Of a DNA stretch of 64,000 nucleotides, positions 63,331 to 64,000 are shown piece after piece. Below the pieces are notes generated by a model that saw only the letters and a program-made list of their open reading frames with translations, had not been told where the DNA came from and searched no databases. The DNA comes from Chrysomallon squamiferum (lineage: Eukaryota > Animalia > Mollusca), in the NCBI GenBank assembly GCA_012295275.1, contig CM022679.1:24242001-24306000 (forward strand), given 5' to 3'. The translations under genes were made by a program, and so were the position numbers. Each line of letters opens with the position of its first letter. Position 1 is the first letter of the stretch.

Positions 63331-63891
63331 ATCTAATCATTTTTAACACAGAATGTATATGTTTTTTCTAATATATTTTTTGATATTGGTTGCTGGGGGA
63401 ACGATTCAAGCGATCTCATAGTAAGCCCATGAGTGCCATTAAGTTAATAGCAGTAATAATAATACCAGTGCATGATGGCATTATTATCATCATCATTTTT
63501 AAATACTAGTAATTTGATTTTTAATTTAATGAGTGAATGTTCAAGGCATCTATGTTAAACCTTCAAACAATGAAAGATATTTGTTTATTGCCAAATTAAA
63601 CAAGGTGAAAGAAATGTAACTATCTTGTTGGAGAGAGGGGATGGGGGGCATGTTGAAAATATTTAATTATTTTTATCAGATTATTATTTTTATTATTTTT
63701 ATATATATTGATTTATGAAATAAATGCATTTGTAAAATTTTATTTTGTCTATTTACTGAATAAACACACAACATCTTCATATGTTGTTATTATTGTTGTT
63801 TATTTTTTTTTCAGATGGCACTTTTTCAGGAGAGAAAACCTTTTGATACACATTCCTTCTTCATCAGAATTTCAGTGATAAATATTTTATC

Positions 63892-64000
63892 ATGGATTTT
63901 ATACTTATATTTGTTTTGTATCTGCTGGTGTTTGGCTTAATGGTGCTCCTATACCTCTATGGAAACCATCCACTACTCAATACTGGAATTATAGGCAGGC
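63892..64000 (+). CDS. ZDHHC4: Palmitoyltransferase ZDHHC4-like, N-terminus (MDFILIFVLYLLVFGLMVLLYLYGNHPLLNTGIIGR...), truncated by window end
   Basis: Follows acceptor ttttttttttcag (exon starts 63815). Resembles the recalled vertebrate ZDHHC4 start MDFLVLFLFYL, and the position next to GRID2IP matches human gene order. Only 36 codons are visible and the DHHC motif is not in the window. Confidence 0.65.
   Translation, partial: MDFILIFVLYLLVFGLMVLLYLYGNHPLLNTGIIGR

Overview
AT-rich, microsatellite-laden animal genomic DNA. It is not prokaryotic; the degenerate tRNA-derived SINEs and gene content suggest a mollusc, probably a gastropod (inference). Most ORFs in the supplied track are simple-repeat artefacts. 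Reading splice sites by hand gives four intron-rich genes. (1) The 5' part of an ADAM/ADAMTS-type (M12B) metalloprotease on the minus strand, running off the left edge. (2) A complete 23-exon, ~1052-aa NPR-A/B-like receptor guanylyl cyclase (minus, 17295-31671). (3) A complete 29-exon, ~1330-aa delphilin/GRID2IP formin (minus, 34042-60769). (4) The first coding bases of a ZDHHC4-like palmitoyltransferase (plus, from 63892), head-to-head with delphilin. Top observations: the cyclase keeps its catalytic residues but has paired substitutions in the guanine-recognition pocket (VETIGD to VQTIGD, MPRYC to MPMYC). The GRID2IP-ZDHHC4 divergent pair mirrors the human arrangement. There is a U12-type intron in the FH2 region, a recursive-splice-like 66-nt exon in the cyclase, two GC-AG introns, and a sharp CpG-depletion boundary. 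No CRISPR arrays, rRNA or intact tRNA genes were found.
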